Shown: positions 25,367-39,109, numbered from the stretch's first letter. The stretch: 64,000 nt of DNA from Octopus vulgaris (GCA_951406725.2 OX597814.1:79546001-79610000), one strand, 5' to 3'. Translations and numbers: made by a program. Notes: generated by a model not told the origin, from the letters alone.

Positions 25367-27384
25367 TATGTAGTATGTGTACATGCGTGACGGGTAAAAT
25401 ATCTTGTAGTATTCGATTCGCTACTTCAGTGTATTTCCACAGATATGTGTCTATGTGTGTATGTGTGTAGCTGAACCCTTTAATTTTACATTTCAGACTG
25501 AAAGTATTTGTCTTCTTCACTTGACTTTTAGAAATATTTGAAGTTCATTAATGCTTTCAAATATATCTGATAAACAACATTATTTGTGAAGTCAGACGAA
25601 TCACAATGAAAGATGTTTACAAAGTTTTATTTTAACGTTTAAAAAGAATCAACATTTCTTCATATTATTTTAATGCTTAATAGTCTTCTCAGAGCTGAGC
25701 CCTTTAACAGCAATCGTACTTTTGTATGCAATAAATATCTACTGAATACAGATCTACTTTGCCATAGAATAACGAACAGGCGGCTTTTCAATACATTACT
25801 TCTAATGAAGTTGATCAATTTTATTAGGTATCTTGTATTAGGTCTGAAGACATTTTGTCTTGTAATGCCTGACGATAGGTCGCGCAGATGTGAATGCATT
25901 AAAGTGCATTGCTTGCGGTACAGACCATGACTGCTACATCATTATTAGAGATACCAACATTTATTTCTTTCCAGAACTACCTCCTTTAGAAATTGGTTCA
26001 CTTTGTAGAAAACAACAGAACCTATTTGATGTCCCTCTATTGAGAAGCAAATCATTGTGTTAGTCTACACCCTGTTTTCATACAAATAGTTCTGACAGAT
26101 CACAATAGATGAGCTGCATTGGTATTGTGGGCGAGTTGATCGGTCGATTCGGTTAGATGAATCGCAAATTTAGCACTTCGTTTAACCCTTTCAATGAATT
26201 GTACAAGTATGTCGTCGATAATTTTGTACTTATTTTATACACTGCAGCAGTTGGCATCAAATTTTATTTCTTATTTTCTTTACATAGGTCCATTCGTGAA
26301 TATCTTTTGTGATTTTATCTGCCGCAAGCAACTCCAGTCCTTCAACATTAGTGTGTGATTTCTTAATTTTTGTATTTAAGTATGAAGTTTCACATGATGT
26401 TCATAGTATTGTTAAGATAAGGTTTTTTGCACTTTCAAAAATTTCAGTAATTTCCCAAAATGTGGCCAAGATTTGCCTGCGAAGGGAGAATGTCTAATAT
26501 GAAGATGTCCTTTCAGTTTAGCGGGTTTCACACTTTAATTCGCCAAATATTCATTACAAATCAATCAAACAGGACGGTGCACTTATTGGTCAAAAGTAAA
26601 TCCGTATTACGAAAAAAATTGTTGTATTTCCGCTTTTCAACAATTTTCATTCACATTCCTCCTCGAGTTAATGTATCCAGATTTTGTAAAAATTATTACT
26701 TCAGCATTGTTTCCTGGCGCGATGTTTGACAAAGTTAACCTTTTATCTATGAGGAGGAATTTTCAATTCTATGTAATGAAAGTTAACAAATATTTTGAAA
26801 ATAACTAAAAAGAATTGAAACAATAACTGAGGAAATTTGTGGAGAATTAATTTGTATTTATTCATTAATATTTATAAATGCATAAATTGTGTGATAAATT
26901 CAAAATTAAAGCATTTAAAACATTAATTTTATATTTATTGATTTAAGTTTATGTGATATAAGTTACTCTGGAAAGTGGAAAATACAGGTGAGTATTTTTA
27001 TGAGTATATATTTCTGGCATATCACAAATATCTCAATACAGCCCACTGTCTTTTATTATTATCTCTGCTAATGTTATAATATATTTCCAGATTAAGAGTT
27101 TTCACATACATATTGGTGCAGAAATGTTGTTAGTATGCATATCTGGAGGGTTTCTTTTAGCTGTGCACATGGCATAAAAGCAATTTTAGTAAATTGGTTC
27201 ATCCCTAGCACAGAAGCTGGTTAGTCATTCCAGAGGTAACATCAGATGTTACTGAATGGTCAATTCAATGTAATACTCCGCGTTTATGCGGGGTGACGAA
27301 TGTACAAAAATTTGTGGGCACAAAAGAAGGCTTCCTTCAAGACCAGATTTATTACAAGCCCTTCTTTGAAATTCAGGTGAAACC

Positions 27385-27594
27385 AGGCAGCGAGCTGGCA
27401 GAACTGTTAGCATCCTGTGAAAAATGCTTACCTGCATTTCGTTCGTCTTCTCGATCTGAGTTCAAATTCCGCCGGGGTCGACTCTTCTTTCGGGATCATT
27501 AAAGTAAGTACCAGTTGATCACTGGTGTCGATGAAATTGACTTAACCCCTCTCCCGAAACTGCTGGCCTTGTGCCAAAAATTGAAATTAATATT
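27385..27594 (+). mobile_element. SINE family A
   Basis: AGGCAGCGAGCTGGCAGAA...GAGTTCAAATTCCGCC...GGCCTTGTGCC. Confidence 0.85.
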
Positions 27595-27809
27595 CAGGGG
27601 AGACGTAACGTAACCACGTTGCCAGACAGAAGCAAATCAGCTCCAAATCTGGAGATGCATATTGTATTTGCATAAAGATAATGTATATACCATTTGTATA
27701 CAGCATATATAATATACGGACTTTAAAAAGCAAGGCAGAGTTTATACATTAAATATATATCCACGGTGTACTATCTTCTAACATTTCTTATACATTACTG
27801 CGTAATATT

Positions 27810-28028
27810 AAGGCGGCGAGCTGGCAGAAACGTTAGCACGCCGGACGAAATACTTAGCAGTATTTCGTCTATCTTTATGTTCTGAGTTCAAATTCTGCCG
27901 AGGACAACTTCGCCTTTCCTCCTTTCGGGGTCGATGAATTGAGTACCATTTGCGTACTGGAGTCGATTTAATCGACTGCCTTCCACTCTACCAAACATTT
28001 TGGGCCTTGTGCCTAGAGTAGAAAAGAT
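27810..28028 (+). mobile_element. SINE family A, full length
   Basis: AAGGCGGCGAGCTGGCAGAAACGTTAGCACG...GAGTTCAAATT...GGCCTTGTGCCTAGAGTAGAAAAG. Confidence 0.9.
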
Positions 28029-28229
28029 TACTTTGTAATATTATATATACTGTATGCAAATAATTCAATCGATTTCAAATCAACACTTCGTTAGTCCCTG
28101 TTAAATAATGTTTAAGTGACGTCAAGTACTATTTTTGCAACACCTACATGACACATTTCATGAATATTATTATGGTAGGTAAATGACATTGCTTGAGATT
28201 AATCACTTAAATTTGAAAAAAAAAAAATC

Positions 28230-29129
28230 TACGAGGTGCATTCCAGAAGTTTTTAGACTTTTTTAGGAGTGGCAGTTATAATTGTCCTAAATTGTTGTAA
28301 CTTTTGTTGTATCATTATTATACACCTAATAATCCGACTCGTCAACATCTGTTATTGCAGATTGAAGAAAACAGCTGTAACAACACTTTGAATACACGCT
28401 ACTAAACACTGTTTATCACAGCCGACTAGTTTGCAGAATGCAGTCGGAATGTTTGGAAGCTCTGTATGTAGAAAGGTCTTGTGTTAAACTGGGCAAAAAC
28501 GCTACAGAAACTTATGAAATGTTCTAGATTGCTTATGGATTAACTTTGTCGCTGGCACAAGAGGTTCAAGGTCAGTAGAGAGAAGGTGAGGGACAAGGAA
28601 AGGTGAACGACAATGAAAGGAGTGGTAAGGGGAAAAAAAACGTCAGAACATCAGAGTTCGTTGAGAAAGCTCCCAATTTTCTAGATGAAGATCATCGGTT
28701 GTCTATAAAGACCATTGACATTGAGGTTGGAGCTGGTGTACACAAAATTATTTATGTAAGTCTGAACCTGCGCCAAATTTGTACAAAGTTTGTTCCCAGG
28801 CTGCTCAGTGACAAACATCCTTGTAACCAACTACTTGACAGACATGGGCATCGAAACTGTCCCTCACCTTCTCTACAGACTAGGTCTTGCTCTCTGTGAT
28901 TTTGGTTGTTTTCCAAACTGAAGGTGAACCTCGGGGGCAGTCGTTCCGAAAATGTAGGCGGCTGTGACAAAGGTCATGTTTCCAATCACTTTCGAGGACT
29001 TTCATGGGGCTTTCACGAAGTGGTTAGAGTGGTACAACAAGTGCATTTGAAGGAGATTAAATTGTTGTACTTCTTAGAAATTAAACGTCTCTCTTGAAAA
29101 AGTAACATAACCCTGTAAACGTGTGCGTA
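28230..29129 (+). mobile_element. Mariner-type DNA transposon remnant, internally deleted
   Basis: Starts TACGAGG and ends in a degenerate ...CGTA; fragments CVKLGKNATETYEM, KFVPRLLS and a frameshifted SPDLAPCDF-like motif (LALCDFWLFSKLK). Confidence 0.8.
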
Positions 29130-30027
29130 ACTGAAAGTTGCAAGTGTTGGTTTGGATTGAACGCATATAAGGCATGAGAAACGGATAAAAGGCAGAGTCG
29201 ATCCCGGCGGAATTTGAACTCAGATCGAGAATACGAACAAAATGCCGCTAAGCATTTTTCACAGGATGCTAACAGTTCTGTCTGCTCGCCGCCTAGGTTC
29301 TCCTGAATATCAAAGAACTTATAATAAATCTGGTCTCGAAGGAGGCCTTCTTTTGTGTCCACAAATTTTTGTACATCGTCACCCGTACTGTTATCTTTTG
29401 AGACTACCCCTGTCGCATAAACGCGGGGTATTACATTGAATTGACCGTTCAGTAACATCTGATGTTACCTCTGGAACGAGTAACCAGAGAAAAATTTCCA
29501 TCCACTGAACCAAAAACGGCAGTTGTATATTAGTCTTATACAGTGATTATAGCTCTTGGCATACATTTTAAATTGAAGTTCTAGAGGTTGTCTCATATAC
29601 GTGGTCCAATTATACCTCTAATATGATACGGAATTTCCCTTTCTCTGTTTGTCTCTGTCTGTATGTGTGTCTGTCTTGCTCTCTCTCTCTCTCCACATAC
29701 ACACACACACACACGCACACACATATTGTTATATACAATGTTATATAGGTCTCTCGGTGTTTTGTGTTTCTGTGTATAATTCATAAACTAATTAGCTAAT
29801 ACATGCGTGTACACTCCCCCACACACAAGCATACAATCACATATATAAACGTGTTAGTACGTTCAAGCATTCCTTATTATGTCATCTATATACTTTTAAG
29901 TGTATATACATTTATATACACACGCATGTATGTATATATATATATATATATGTATGTATGTGTATATATATATCTATATCTGTATGTATGTATATATATA
30001 TATCTGTATGTATGTATGTATATATAA

Positions 30028-30059
<32 letters not shown>

Positions 30060-30076
30060 GTATATATATATGTATA

Positions 30077-30131
<55 letters not shown>

Positions 30132-30194
30132 GTATATATATATATACATATATAAATAGATACACATATACATACTTATGCGTGTGTGTGCATG

Positions 30195-30230
<36 letters not shown>

Positions 30231-30718
30231 TACAAATACATACCTACTTATGCGCGTGTGTGTGTGTATTTCTGTATATGTCTGTGTGCAAAGTAATATA
30301 TTAATATATTTGCATACATCTATATCTGTGCGTGTCAGTCTGCCTGTGTGTATAATTAATAAAGTAATTAGCTAATACATACGTGCGCAAATATCTGTAT
30401 ATGTTTAGAGGTGTAAGTTTAATGCGTTGTACAGTGCCCACAATACACTCTGCAAGTGTGGTGTAACTTTTCAGCTAACAGCACGACGCTCATTATAGAT
30501 TTGGCTGGGAATAGAATCTGCTAAGTAATGAATTAGCCGGAAGGAGGATAGTGAGGTGTGGGCGATTTTCAATCAATATTATGTCGATATTGGGGTGTTA
30601 TTGTTTTTGTTATGTATATTGTATTCTAGGGTGTTATTAATTTAGATGAACCGTGTACCCTACATATCCAATATTATAACACACTCTATACAAATTCCCG
30701 CTGCGAGTGTAGGCGTGA

Positions 30719-30777
<59 letters not shown>

Positions 30778-30975
30778 AACACAAACACACACGCACTCAC
30801 ACAAACACACACACACCCAAGCACATACACACATACCTTTACATACATATATACATATGTGTGCATATATATATATATATATATATACGCACACTCACAC
30901 ATATTGACATTTATATACACATGTATATATATAGTTCCATATCTGTATATGTCAATATTTAAATGTGTATGTACA

Positions 30976-31029
<54 letters not shown>

Positions 31030-31051
31030 GTAGAGAGAGAGAGAGACGTAT

Positions 31052-31104
<53 letters not shown>

Positions 31105-31278
31105 TAACATATATATACATTAGTGCAGATGTGACACTGAAAGGTACACTCATATATATATATGGCATACATAGACATATCCATAATAATATGTTTGCCG
31201 GCATGCATTTTATTTGTACATGGCGGCGCATATACATGCGCACACACCCAGAGAGACATCCATCCATCGAGACACATG

Positions 31279-31471
31279 TATATATAAGTATGTACACACA
31301 CAAACAGACGCACACACATATATATGCATGTATATGTATATATATATATGTATATAGTTGTGTCGTTGTATACAACTATATATAAGTATGTACACACACA
31401 AACAGACGCACACACATATATATGCATGTATATGTATATATATATATGTATATAGTTGTGTCGTTGTATAC
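31279..31471. repeat. 98-bp-period tandem duplication in compound microsatellite
   Basis: TAAGTATGTACACACACAAACAGACG...GTTGTGTCGTTGTATACA occurs twice. Confidence 0.85.
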
Positions 31472-31474
31472 ATC

Positions 31475-31540
<66 letters not shown>

Positions 31541-31879
31541 CATATATCCAAACACACACACATACGTATGGATACGTACTGACATACTCACACACATACA
31601 CATTCACATATATATGACTGGCGCATAGTGATATTGCAAATTATTTATCGATCTTCCTTAACTCTGCTATCATTATCTTGGTGATTGTTGCTTGGCTAAA
31701 TATTGCAAACGGTGGGGGAACAAATAAAGCAAAATAATTAATTTTCATAATTCATTTGTTTCTGGCTATCTCTAGTCAAGCAATTCAATAATAGTGACTT
31801 GATACAGCGAGGAGATATATGGAGCGAGTGAGCGAGCGAGAGATATGGAGAAGGAGAGAGAGAGAGAGAAAGAGAAAGT

Positions 31880-31937
<58 letters not shown>

Positions 31938-32494
31938 GTGGAGGAGTAGGGACAAATTGAAGGGGAGAGAGAAGCGAGAGAGAAATAGAATGATAGAGAA
32001 CTATTACAGAAATGGGGGAGCAATCCATGAGAGATTGATTCGTGTAGAGAGTGTTAGGGCTGTATTTATTCGTTGTAATAATAAACCAGAAGCAGAGCTA
32101 CAGCCCAAAGGGATGTAAGCTGAGTTACGTAAGTCATAACGATATAATACGTCAGAGAGTGTTGTTGTTTTTTTGCTTGTTCGAAATATGCGTACATAAA
32201 TATAGTGTGGAAATACGTCATATACATGTGTACAACAATTTGTCCTGTGTTCAGTGTCATAACTATTATTGTTGCCTTTAATATTGTTATCGTTACTGTT
32301 AGTATAGTTGTTATCGTTGTTGTTTGCTAATATTAGGAATGTAATATATTCAGGAAGTATAGAAGTAAAAATATAATCCTATTAGATAATGCTCCAAGTA
32401 ATTTATCTGTACAAATAAACAGAAGAGAGATAACTATTCCTTTGCTTAGAGCCTCAGACCATAACTGGCAGATTTATTTATTTATTTAATCTGC

Positions 32495-32739
32495 TATTTG
32501 TTTAAGTCATTGGACAGTTGCCATGCTGGGGCACCACCTTGAAGGGTTTACAGTGCTTAATTTTTTTAAAGTTTGATGCTTATTCGATCGGTCTCTCTTG
32601 CCGAACTACTTGGTTACAGAGAGGAAAACAGACAAATACGGTTGCCAAGCGGTGGTGAGAGACAAACTCAAGAAGAAAGACACACACGCACGTACGCACA
32701 CACGCACACGCATGCGCGCACAAAAATATACACGTACAC

Positions 32740-32817
<78 letters not shown>

Positions 32818-32970
32818 TAGGTTTTTTTCCGTTTCCGTCTACTAAATTGACTTACAAGGCTTTGGTGGACGCGGAGCTATAATAAATAGAAGGTTCTTAA
32901 CCAAGATGTCACGTAGTGGGACTGAACCCAGAACCATGCGGTTGGAAAGCAAGCTTCTTACCACCCAACA
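32495..32970 (-). mobile_element. SINE family B with internal (CA)n
   Basis: Minus-strand head GGTAAGAAGCTTGCTT...GGGTTCAGTCCCACT; tail GGTGGTGCCCCAGCATGGC. Confidence 0.8.
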
Positions 32971-33084
32971 ACACCAATTTTTGTTTTGTATTCTGATGTG
33001 AGAGTATTGGATTCCGGGTGTATGAAAACCGAACTCTGTACTTATAAAACATCTGTGGACTCTCATGTGACTTTTTAGCCATAT

Positions 33085-33290
33085 ATACACATATATATAC
33101 GGGGATGGGGATCGGTGTTTGTCTTAACACGATCGCTTGACGACTGGTGTTAGTTTCTTTACGTCCCCACAATGTAGAGGTTCTGCAAAAGAAACCGAGA
33201 GAATAAAAAATGTGCTAGGGTCGATTTATTCAACTAAAACCTTCAAGGCTGCATCGCAGTCCAATGACTGAAACTAGTAAAATATGAAAG
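33085..33290 (+). mobile_element. SINE family B 3' half
   Basis: ATCGCTTGAC...TTTACGTCCCC...GGGTCGATTT...CAGTCCAATGACTGAAAC. Confidence 0.7.
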
Positions 33291-33676
33291 AAAGGAAGCG
33301 GTAAACCAGCAAAATATAACCCCAGTGTGTTGCTGCTGCTGCTTATATCATTGTCATGTACTTTCTATGATAGCTATTTATACGTAATTTGACGCGGCGA
33401 TACACATAACGTAGCTGTCCACGGCAAAAAGAAACCGTCATGCTGCCTGACGTTTCTCTGGCATCTATCCAATGAAACTATGCGTAGATGTACTGTACGA
33501 GTAAAAACAGTATAATTGGAAATTAATTAAAATTATCTAGCTTACTACATTAAATATGTCAGCATAAATTGTTTTGTTTTTTATTTTCATGTATTGGACG
33601 TACATACGTAATGCTTTCCCTTCTTGTACCATCAAGTCACAATTTAAAATTATCACGCCACACACACATATATATG

Positions 33677-33713
<37 letters not shown>

Positions 33714-33897
33714 GCTAATATCAAACAGTGAAAATTAGTGTTCAATATTGTATTCGTGGATGAATAATCATTATTTCTGGGTTGACAAGGCTGCCAATAA
33801 TTTCATGCACAAAGGTGTCTTCATAACTGTTTAAGCATGCCACATAGAAGTGTTGTTACTCATCATATATATATATATATAACGTTTTCAAATAGCC

Positions 33898-33960
33898 AGA
33901 TAACCGAAGAGATGGTGTTGTGGATTTCCACTTCGGCATCTGAAACTCAGAGTTTTATCT
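33898..33960 (+). ncRNA. Hammerhead ribozyme variant in a ~110-bp cassette between (TA)n arrays
   Basis: AGATAA-CCGAAGA-GATG...CATC-T-GAAA-CTCAGAG-TT-TTATCT; perfect 6-bp stem I, stem III ACTC-A-GAGT; deviations are U4C, an extra T before GAAA and a UU cleavage site. Confidence 0.7.
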
Positions 33961-33989
33961 TGACTACCGAGTAATGTAACATATTGTAT

Positions 33990-34031
<42 letters not shown>

Positions 34032-34831
34032 TTAATTGGCGACAAAATCAGTATTAGATTGAAATACCGATCTGCATATACACTTAATCATATACTGTAT
34101 ACAATTTAGAAGGCCTTCTAAACTGCAGTACTGTCATAAATTTATTGTATCAAAAAAAAAGAAAGAAAATAAAATAAAATAAAAAACCCTGCCATTGCGT
34201 ATCCAAATATTTGTAATAACTGATCCACTGAATTCGATATATTACATTAGTACGCAGGTTCAAATCCATGTTTCTGTCGTCAGAGACATTTCTCTAATAG
34301 TCGATTCTATAAAATTGTGTGTTGGGCAGTCGTATACAAAACCTTTTCTTGAAGATGTCTTTGCGGATAGATAACAGTGATTTTATTGTTACTGAAAGGC
34401 GGTTTTTTCAGGAAGCATAAGTAGGAAGAAGTTTTCTGAGATTGGTAACAGTTTGGGGGTATTTTTTGATTTCCAGTATTTTCTCTCACTATGTGATATG
34501 GATAGCTCGATCTCTGATGAACTACATATGTATCAAATTGGGGTGAGCTTGCTTTCTTTCTCTGCAATTATAGCACTCACAGAGAGGGTTGATCTCTATG
34601 CAGTTTAAGGTGTGACAGTGCTGGTAAGACTACACTTCACTGAAAGCATCTATTAAAACGGAACGTTGCTAGTCGTCACAAAGATCAAATTCACTCCTCA
34701 TCGGGTTCTATTTCTTGTTTTCATTTTTATTAATTTAAATTTTCAGATTATCTCCCCCGCATTTCTTCAGCAGAATTCATCATTAATCTGAGAGCCGTCT
34801 CTTCTCTCAGCAGATTGATTTAATTCTTTCA

Positions 34832-35018
34832 ATTACAGGCACTAGACCCGAAAGTTTGGAAGAGGGGGCTAGTGGATTTCATCGACCCAAGTGCTGTGTC
34901 TCGATTGGATGAAAGGCAAGGTTGACCACGGTGACATTTAAACTTAGATCATAAAGCCTGAAGAAATGTCGCGAATCAATTTATCGGCGTGCTAACGATT
35001 CTGCCCGCTCACCGCTTT
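34832..35018 (-). mobile_element. SINE family A, diverged
   Basis: Minus strand GCGGTGAGCGGGCAGAATCGTTAGCACGCC...CCTTGCCTTTCATCC. Confidence 0.7.
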
Positions 35019-36830
35019 TGCAGCTTGAATTAATTAATTATTCTTGTGTTACTACATTTAATTTATGTTTAACAATGTAAATATTGGTGGGTAAACGAAA
35101 TTATGCAATTGACTAGAGAATGATGATGCATTAAGGTAACCTTTTATATGAGAGCACGCAGTCTAGTGATTAAGACGTTGGATTCTGGATAATAAAGTTG
35201 TGGGTTTGATTTCTGGATGGAACAGCGTATTCTGTCTTTGAGCGTGATACTTCATTTTATGTTGTTCCAATGTTTTCAGCTGAAAGTGAGTACCAACTGA
35301 GAGCTGGTGCAATCTTTCTTTCCAGTTGAACGTTCTACAGATTGCGTTGGATGGTAAGACCGAAACGGTGTCAAAGTCCGCTCGCAATTACATTGGCACT
35401 TACAACAATTAACGAAAACATTGTACATACCTCAAAGGCATATTCGTGCGCGAGTGACGCGGCGGCAGCAGCAGCAGCAGTAGCAGCAGCAGTAGTAGTA
35501 GTAGTAGTAGTAGTAGCAGTAGTAGTAGTATCATGAATTGTGTTCGTAGCAACTGCAATATGTCAGATTTGTATGTGGAGTCTCTCGCTTGATCTACTGG
35601 GGCAATAACGGATCTTATTGAAGAATAGTTTAGTCACGCTTTTTGATATGTTATTTGAGCATCTCTTCAGTTTACACATGTCTAACGATGAGACTTTGTA
35701 TGCATGTACGTATTTTACCGTTAAATGTATCTCTATAAAGTTAGACAGAAAGAGAGAGAGAAAGAAAGAGAAGAATAGTAAGATATATAAACATATTAAC
35801 ATATAAACTAATATCATCTAAAGTATATCGATGAATTGATATTCTTGTTTTATTAAACACAGAACGGTGGTGCAGTGGGCTTCGAACTCATAACAAGGAT
35901 CAAGCTAAACCGTATAATTAATTCAGTCAGAAATATATTATTTGAAATAAATCTGTATGAGAAGAATATAAATAAGTAATGTGGTACTTATTGCCTTGAC
36001 AAGTGATGTAAGGATTTGAAAGCCGAAAATTTCCTCTTGAATCTAATCCACACCAGGAATTCCATTTAGAATTGATAGTTCTCCCATAAGTCTTATCACC
36101 TCACCACAAAAATCGCTCATGTGTAAAACTATTAATCATTTATTCTGTTCTCCATTTAATTACATCTGACAAGGTCTATGCGATCGCTTAATCTGCTAGA
36201 AATAGTAATGAAATCTTCAAATCGCACCCCTACAAAGAGAGAGAGGCATTGGACAGTATAGTTACCGATATATAAAAATCTGAGAAAGTGATGGCTGGTA
36301 TATATCTCATCATAAGTATGCTTGATCAGGGCTGACCTGGGTTTCAACAACAGCAGCAGCAACAGCGAGTAAACAGAAAAGCAATTTAATTATATACGAA
36401 TTGCAGTATAAATGTATAAATATTCGTATATGTGTGTGTGAATTCAACAGTGTATGTGTATGTGTCTGTGTGTGTGTGTTTGTATGTGTGTTTGTGTATG
36501 TGTGTGTGTAAGTTTATCTTTGTGTGAACGAAGAAACTACGTGTCTGAGTGTGAATAAATTTATTAACATATATTTTAAAGCTATCGAAGATTGATTCGT
36601 TACTTTGGTTGTTCCCGGTTATTGCAGCATTCTACTTTAAGTCTCATGGATATCTGCCGAAATATAAAGACATTGTGTGTTACATAAGCTTCCCCCTCTT
36701 ACACGCTATATAAATTTGTACCTGTGTATAGAGCATGTGTGTGTGTGTGTGCGTGTGTGTGTATGTGTATGTGTAACGGCATGCGCACATGAACATCTAT
36801 CGGTTTATTTCTCTATATGCATATATATAT

Positions 36831-37100
36831 ATATGTTACATATGTAATATATCTTACCTTGATACTGTGTGGACTAAGATCCCCGATGACAGGCCGCTGG
36901 TATTTATAGAGTGTTAAACACTTTTGTATGCAAATTAGAGACTCCTTCATAGAGTAACTGCTTCATAGAGTAACTGCTAAAATTTGCCGTTTATAAGTAT
37001 ATCATATGTTACATATAAATTATATCATACCTTTGATACTGTGTGGACTAAGATCCACGTTGACAAGCCGCTGGTAGGCAAATTAGGGACTCCTTCATAC
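36831..37100 (+). repeat. ~173-bp-period diverged tandem repeat upstream of a hammerhead
   Basis: ATATGTTACATAT...TTGATACTGTGTGGACTAAGATCC...GCCGCTGGTA...GCAAATTAG.GACTCCTTCATA starts at 36831 and again at 37004. Confidence 0.85.
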
Positions 37101-37170
37101 TGCTGCATTTGTTGAGTATATAAACAGTTTGGCTGCTTGTTTCTCTGGAGAATGTCAGAATGATGTAATC

Positions 37171-37213
37171 ACCTCTGATGAGAACCCAAAAAGGTTCGAA
37201 AATTGATTAAGGT
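37171..37213 (+). ncRNA. Type I hammerhead ribozyme (minimal, complete core)
   Basis: ACCT-CTGATGA-GAACC-CAAAAA-GGTTC-GAAA-ATTGAT-TA-AGGT; stem I ACCT/AGGT, stem II GAACC/GGTTC, near-palindromic stem III AATTGATT; predicted cleavage after 37209. Confidence 0.88.
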
Positions 37214-39109
37214 TGTTCATCGTTTTTCAGTCTGTGGAGAAATGGCTAAAATTTGGTTTGTTAATTTCAGACTGGTCAATTGTTCATTTATTTATCATGC
37301 AAAGATAAATAAGAGTTTTTCAAATAAAACACAAGAGAGATTATTGTTTTATTGAAATTACCTCCGCTTCCAGATCAGTCTACATGCAGAGAGACAAGTG
37401 GACACTAGTGGGCAGTTGTTTCTGCCTCAATTGACATCATCGGTACATAACCAAATAAGTAGAACACAGTTTTCGTTATAGTTTCATCTATGCGTATTAC
37501 ATTGGCCACACATGTGTTCTACTCTTGAATTTGTCTACGTGTCCCTGCTATTGGAGTTAAAGCGTGAGGCAGAAATTTGTATCCAGAACTGTCCTCTTAA
37601 CTCCAGACAATCATAACAATATTGGAAAATCTCTTCTCATTTGAAGATAGTGCAAAATACCCACAGCGATCAGTTCATCACCCTTAGAAGAGATAATTCT
37701 ATTCAATAAACCGCAAATTATAGTAAACTGCATATATATATATATATTATATACGTATGTGTGTGTGTGCGCGTGGGTATGTGCGTGTTTGTGTATGATA
37801 TTAATAGCGTCTGAAGCAGTATTACTATCAAAAGGTAATCTTGATCTCTAACTTACCATAGAGGTTCTATTAGAACTCACAATACGGCTTTATTTACCTT
37901 GAAAGAAACTCTTATAAAACTCGTGGCACATATAATCCCTTGAAATTCTATCATTGACAGGCAAGAATTATCTGTTTCGGCAGCCGAACTGCCAGATCAC
38001 GTTTCCTGAGTAATAAATCTTCAGGAGCGCAATATCAGCCGAATCTCCCGTCTGTGATATGTAGAATGACAGAGTCTATTCTATAGCTAGTGGGATCATC
38101 AAAAAATAATTAACTAATAGCGACAGAAGCTGTATTTATACCAAATGCTTTCTAAAGTAATCTCTACAGGTCTTCAATAGAAAACTATCAACACTACTGA
38201 AAGTTACAACGTTTCTTATACGAATACGTGTATGTAAACAAGGCAATCGAAAAGAGAAAAGTAGTAACGGATGTATATCCTATTTCAGGAGTTCCTGCTC
38301 ATTCTGCAGCAACACATCCAACCCATTAACCATCCACGAACACATTGTTTAATAGCTATAAAATATAACGGTGTAACACAATTAGATGTGCCAATTTTAC
38401 TTATTAAACGAATCCCTGGGCATTTGTACGTTTGCCAGGGCACGTGGTTTCAGTCTGTTATGGGTTCGTCAGTGAAAGTTGACTTGTAGCGCGATAACAC
38501 CCGATACATAGGTACATACGTACATACATACACACACGCACGCACACACACATGTATGTATGTATATAGATAAGCAGATGGGTAGATGTGTGCGTGTGAC
38601 TCTTTTTTACCACCACCCCCACGCCGCTGCTTCACAACCGGTATTGGCTTGTTTACGTTCCCGTAACTTAGCGATTCAACAAAAGAAACTGATACCATAA
38701 CTAGCAAATATTAGAGTCAGTTTGTTCGACTCATGCTACAATATGTTGCTCCAGTATGACAGCAGTCCTATGGCTGAAACACGTACAAGAATAAAAGTGT
38801 TATAAAGACGTCAGAAGCTAAACACGTCCGTCTATAGTTTATTCTGAAACTCATATATCTACACAAAACAGGCCTAGTAATTTTACTCAACTGGGTTGAC
38901 TAGGATCATTGCATATCTAGTTACTCAATCATCCATATTTAAAATACACAATCCAACGACACCCTCCTTGGAGACGCCATTACGTCTTGCATGCAGATTG
39001 GCAATTTGCTTGGAATATTTTCTGCTTTCTTCTCTCTCATGTTTTTCCATTCCTCTATTTTTTCAGTCTTTCATGCTGTACTTGCCTGCCTTATTCTTAT
39101 TTTATCTAT

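Larger units (their letters stand above)
27217..29487. repeat. Inverted duplication: arms 27217-27491 and ~29187-29487
   Basis: About 165-195 bp of non-SINE flank plus the SINE A 5' half present in opposite orientations; the right arm has ~28 extra bp. Confidence 0.88.

Noticed and set aside
25500-26750. Possible decayed DNA-transposon coding sequence on the minus strand
   Set aside because: No motif I can identify with confidence.
33380-33500. CpG-rich patch with TGACGT and CCAAT (promoter or hammerhead remnant)
   Set aside because: Short motifs only, no linked gene, and two core mismatches for a ribozyme.
36831-37100. Repeat-spacer or CRISPR-like interpretation of tandem repeats
   Set aside because: Only two long diverged units, no unique spacers, no cas genes, eukaryotic context.
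37995-38028. Minus-strand CTGAAGA...GAAACGT hammerhead-like motif
   Set aside because: Cleavage nucleotide missing and stem II poor; decayed candidate only.
38430-38476. Minus-strand CTGACGA...GAAA-CCACGTG motif
   Set aside because: Lacks the conserved U before the cut site and stem II barely pairs; could be chance.
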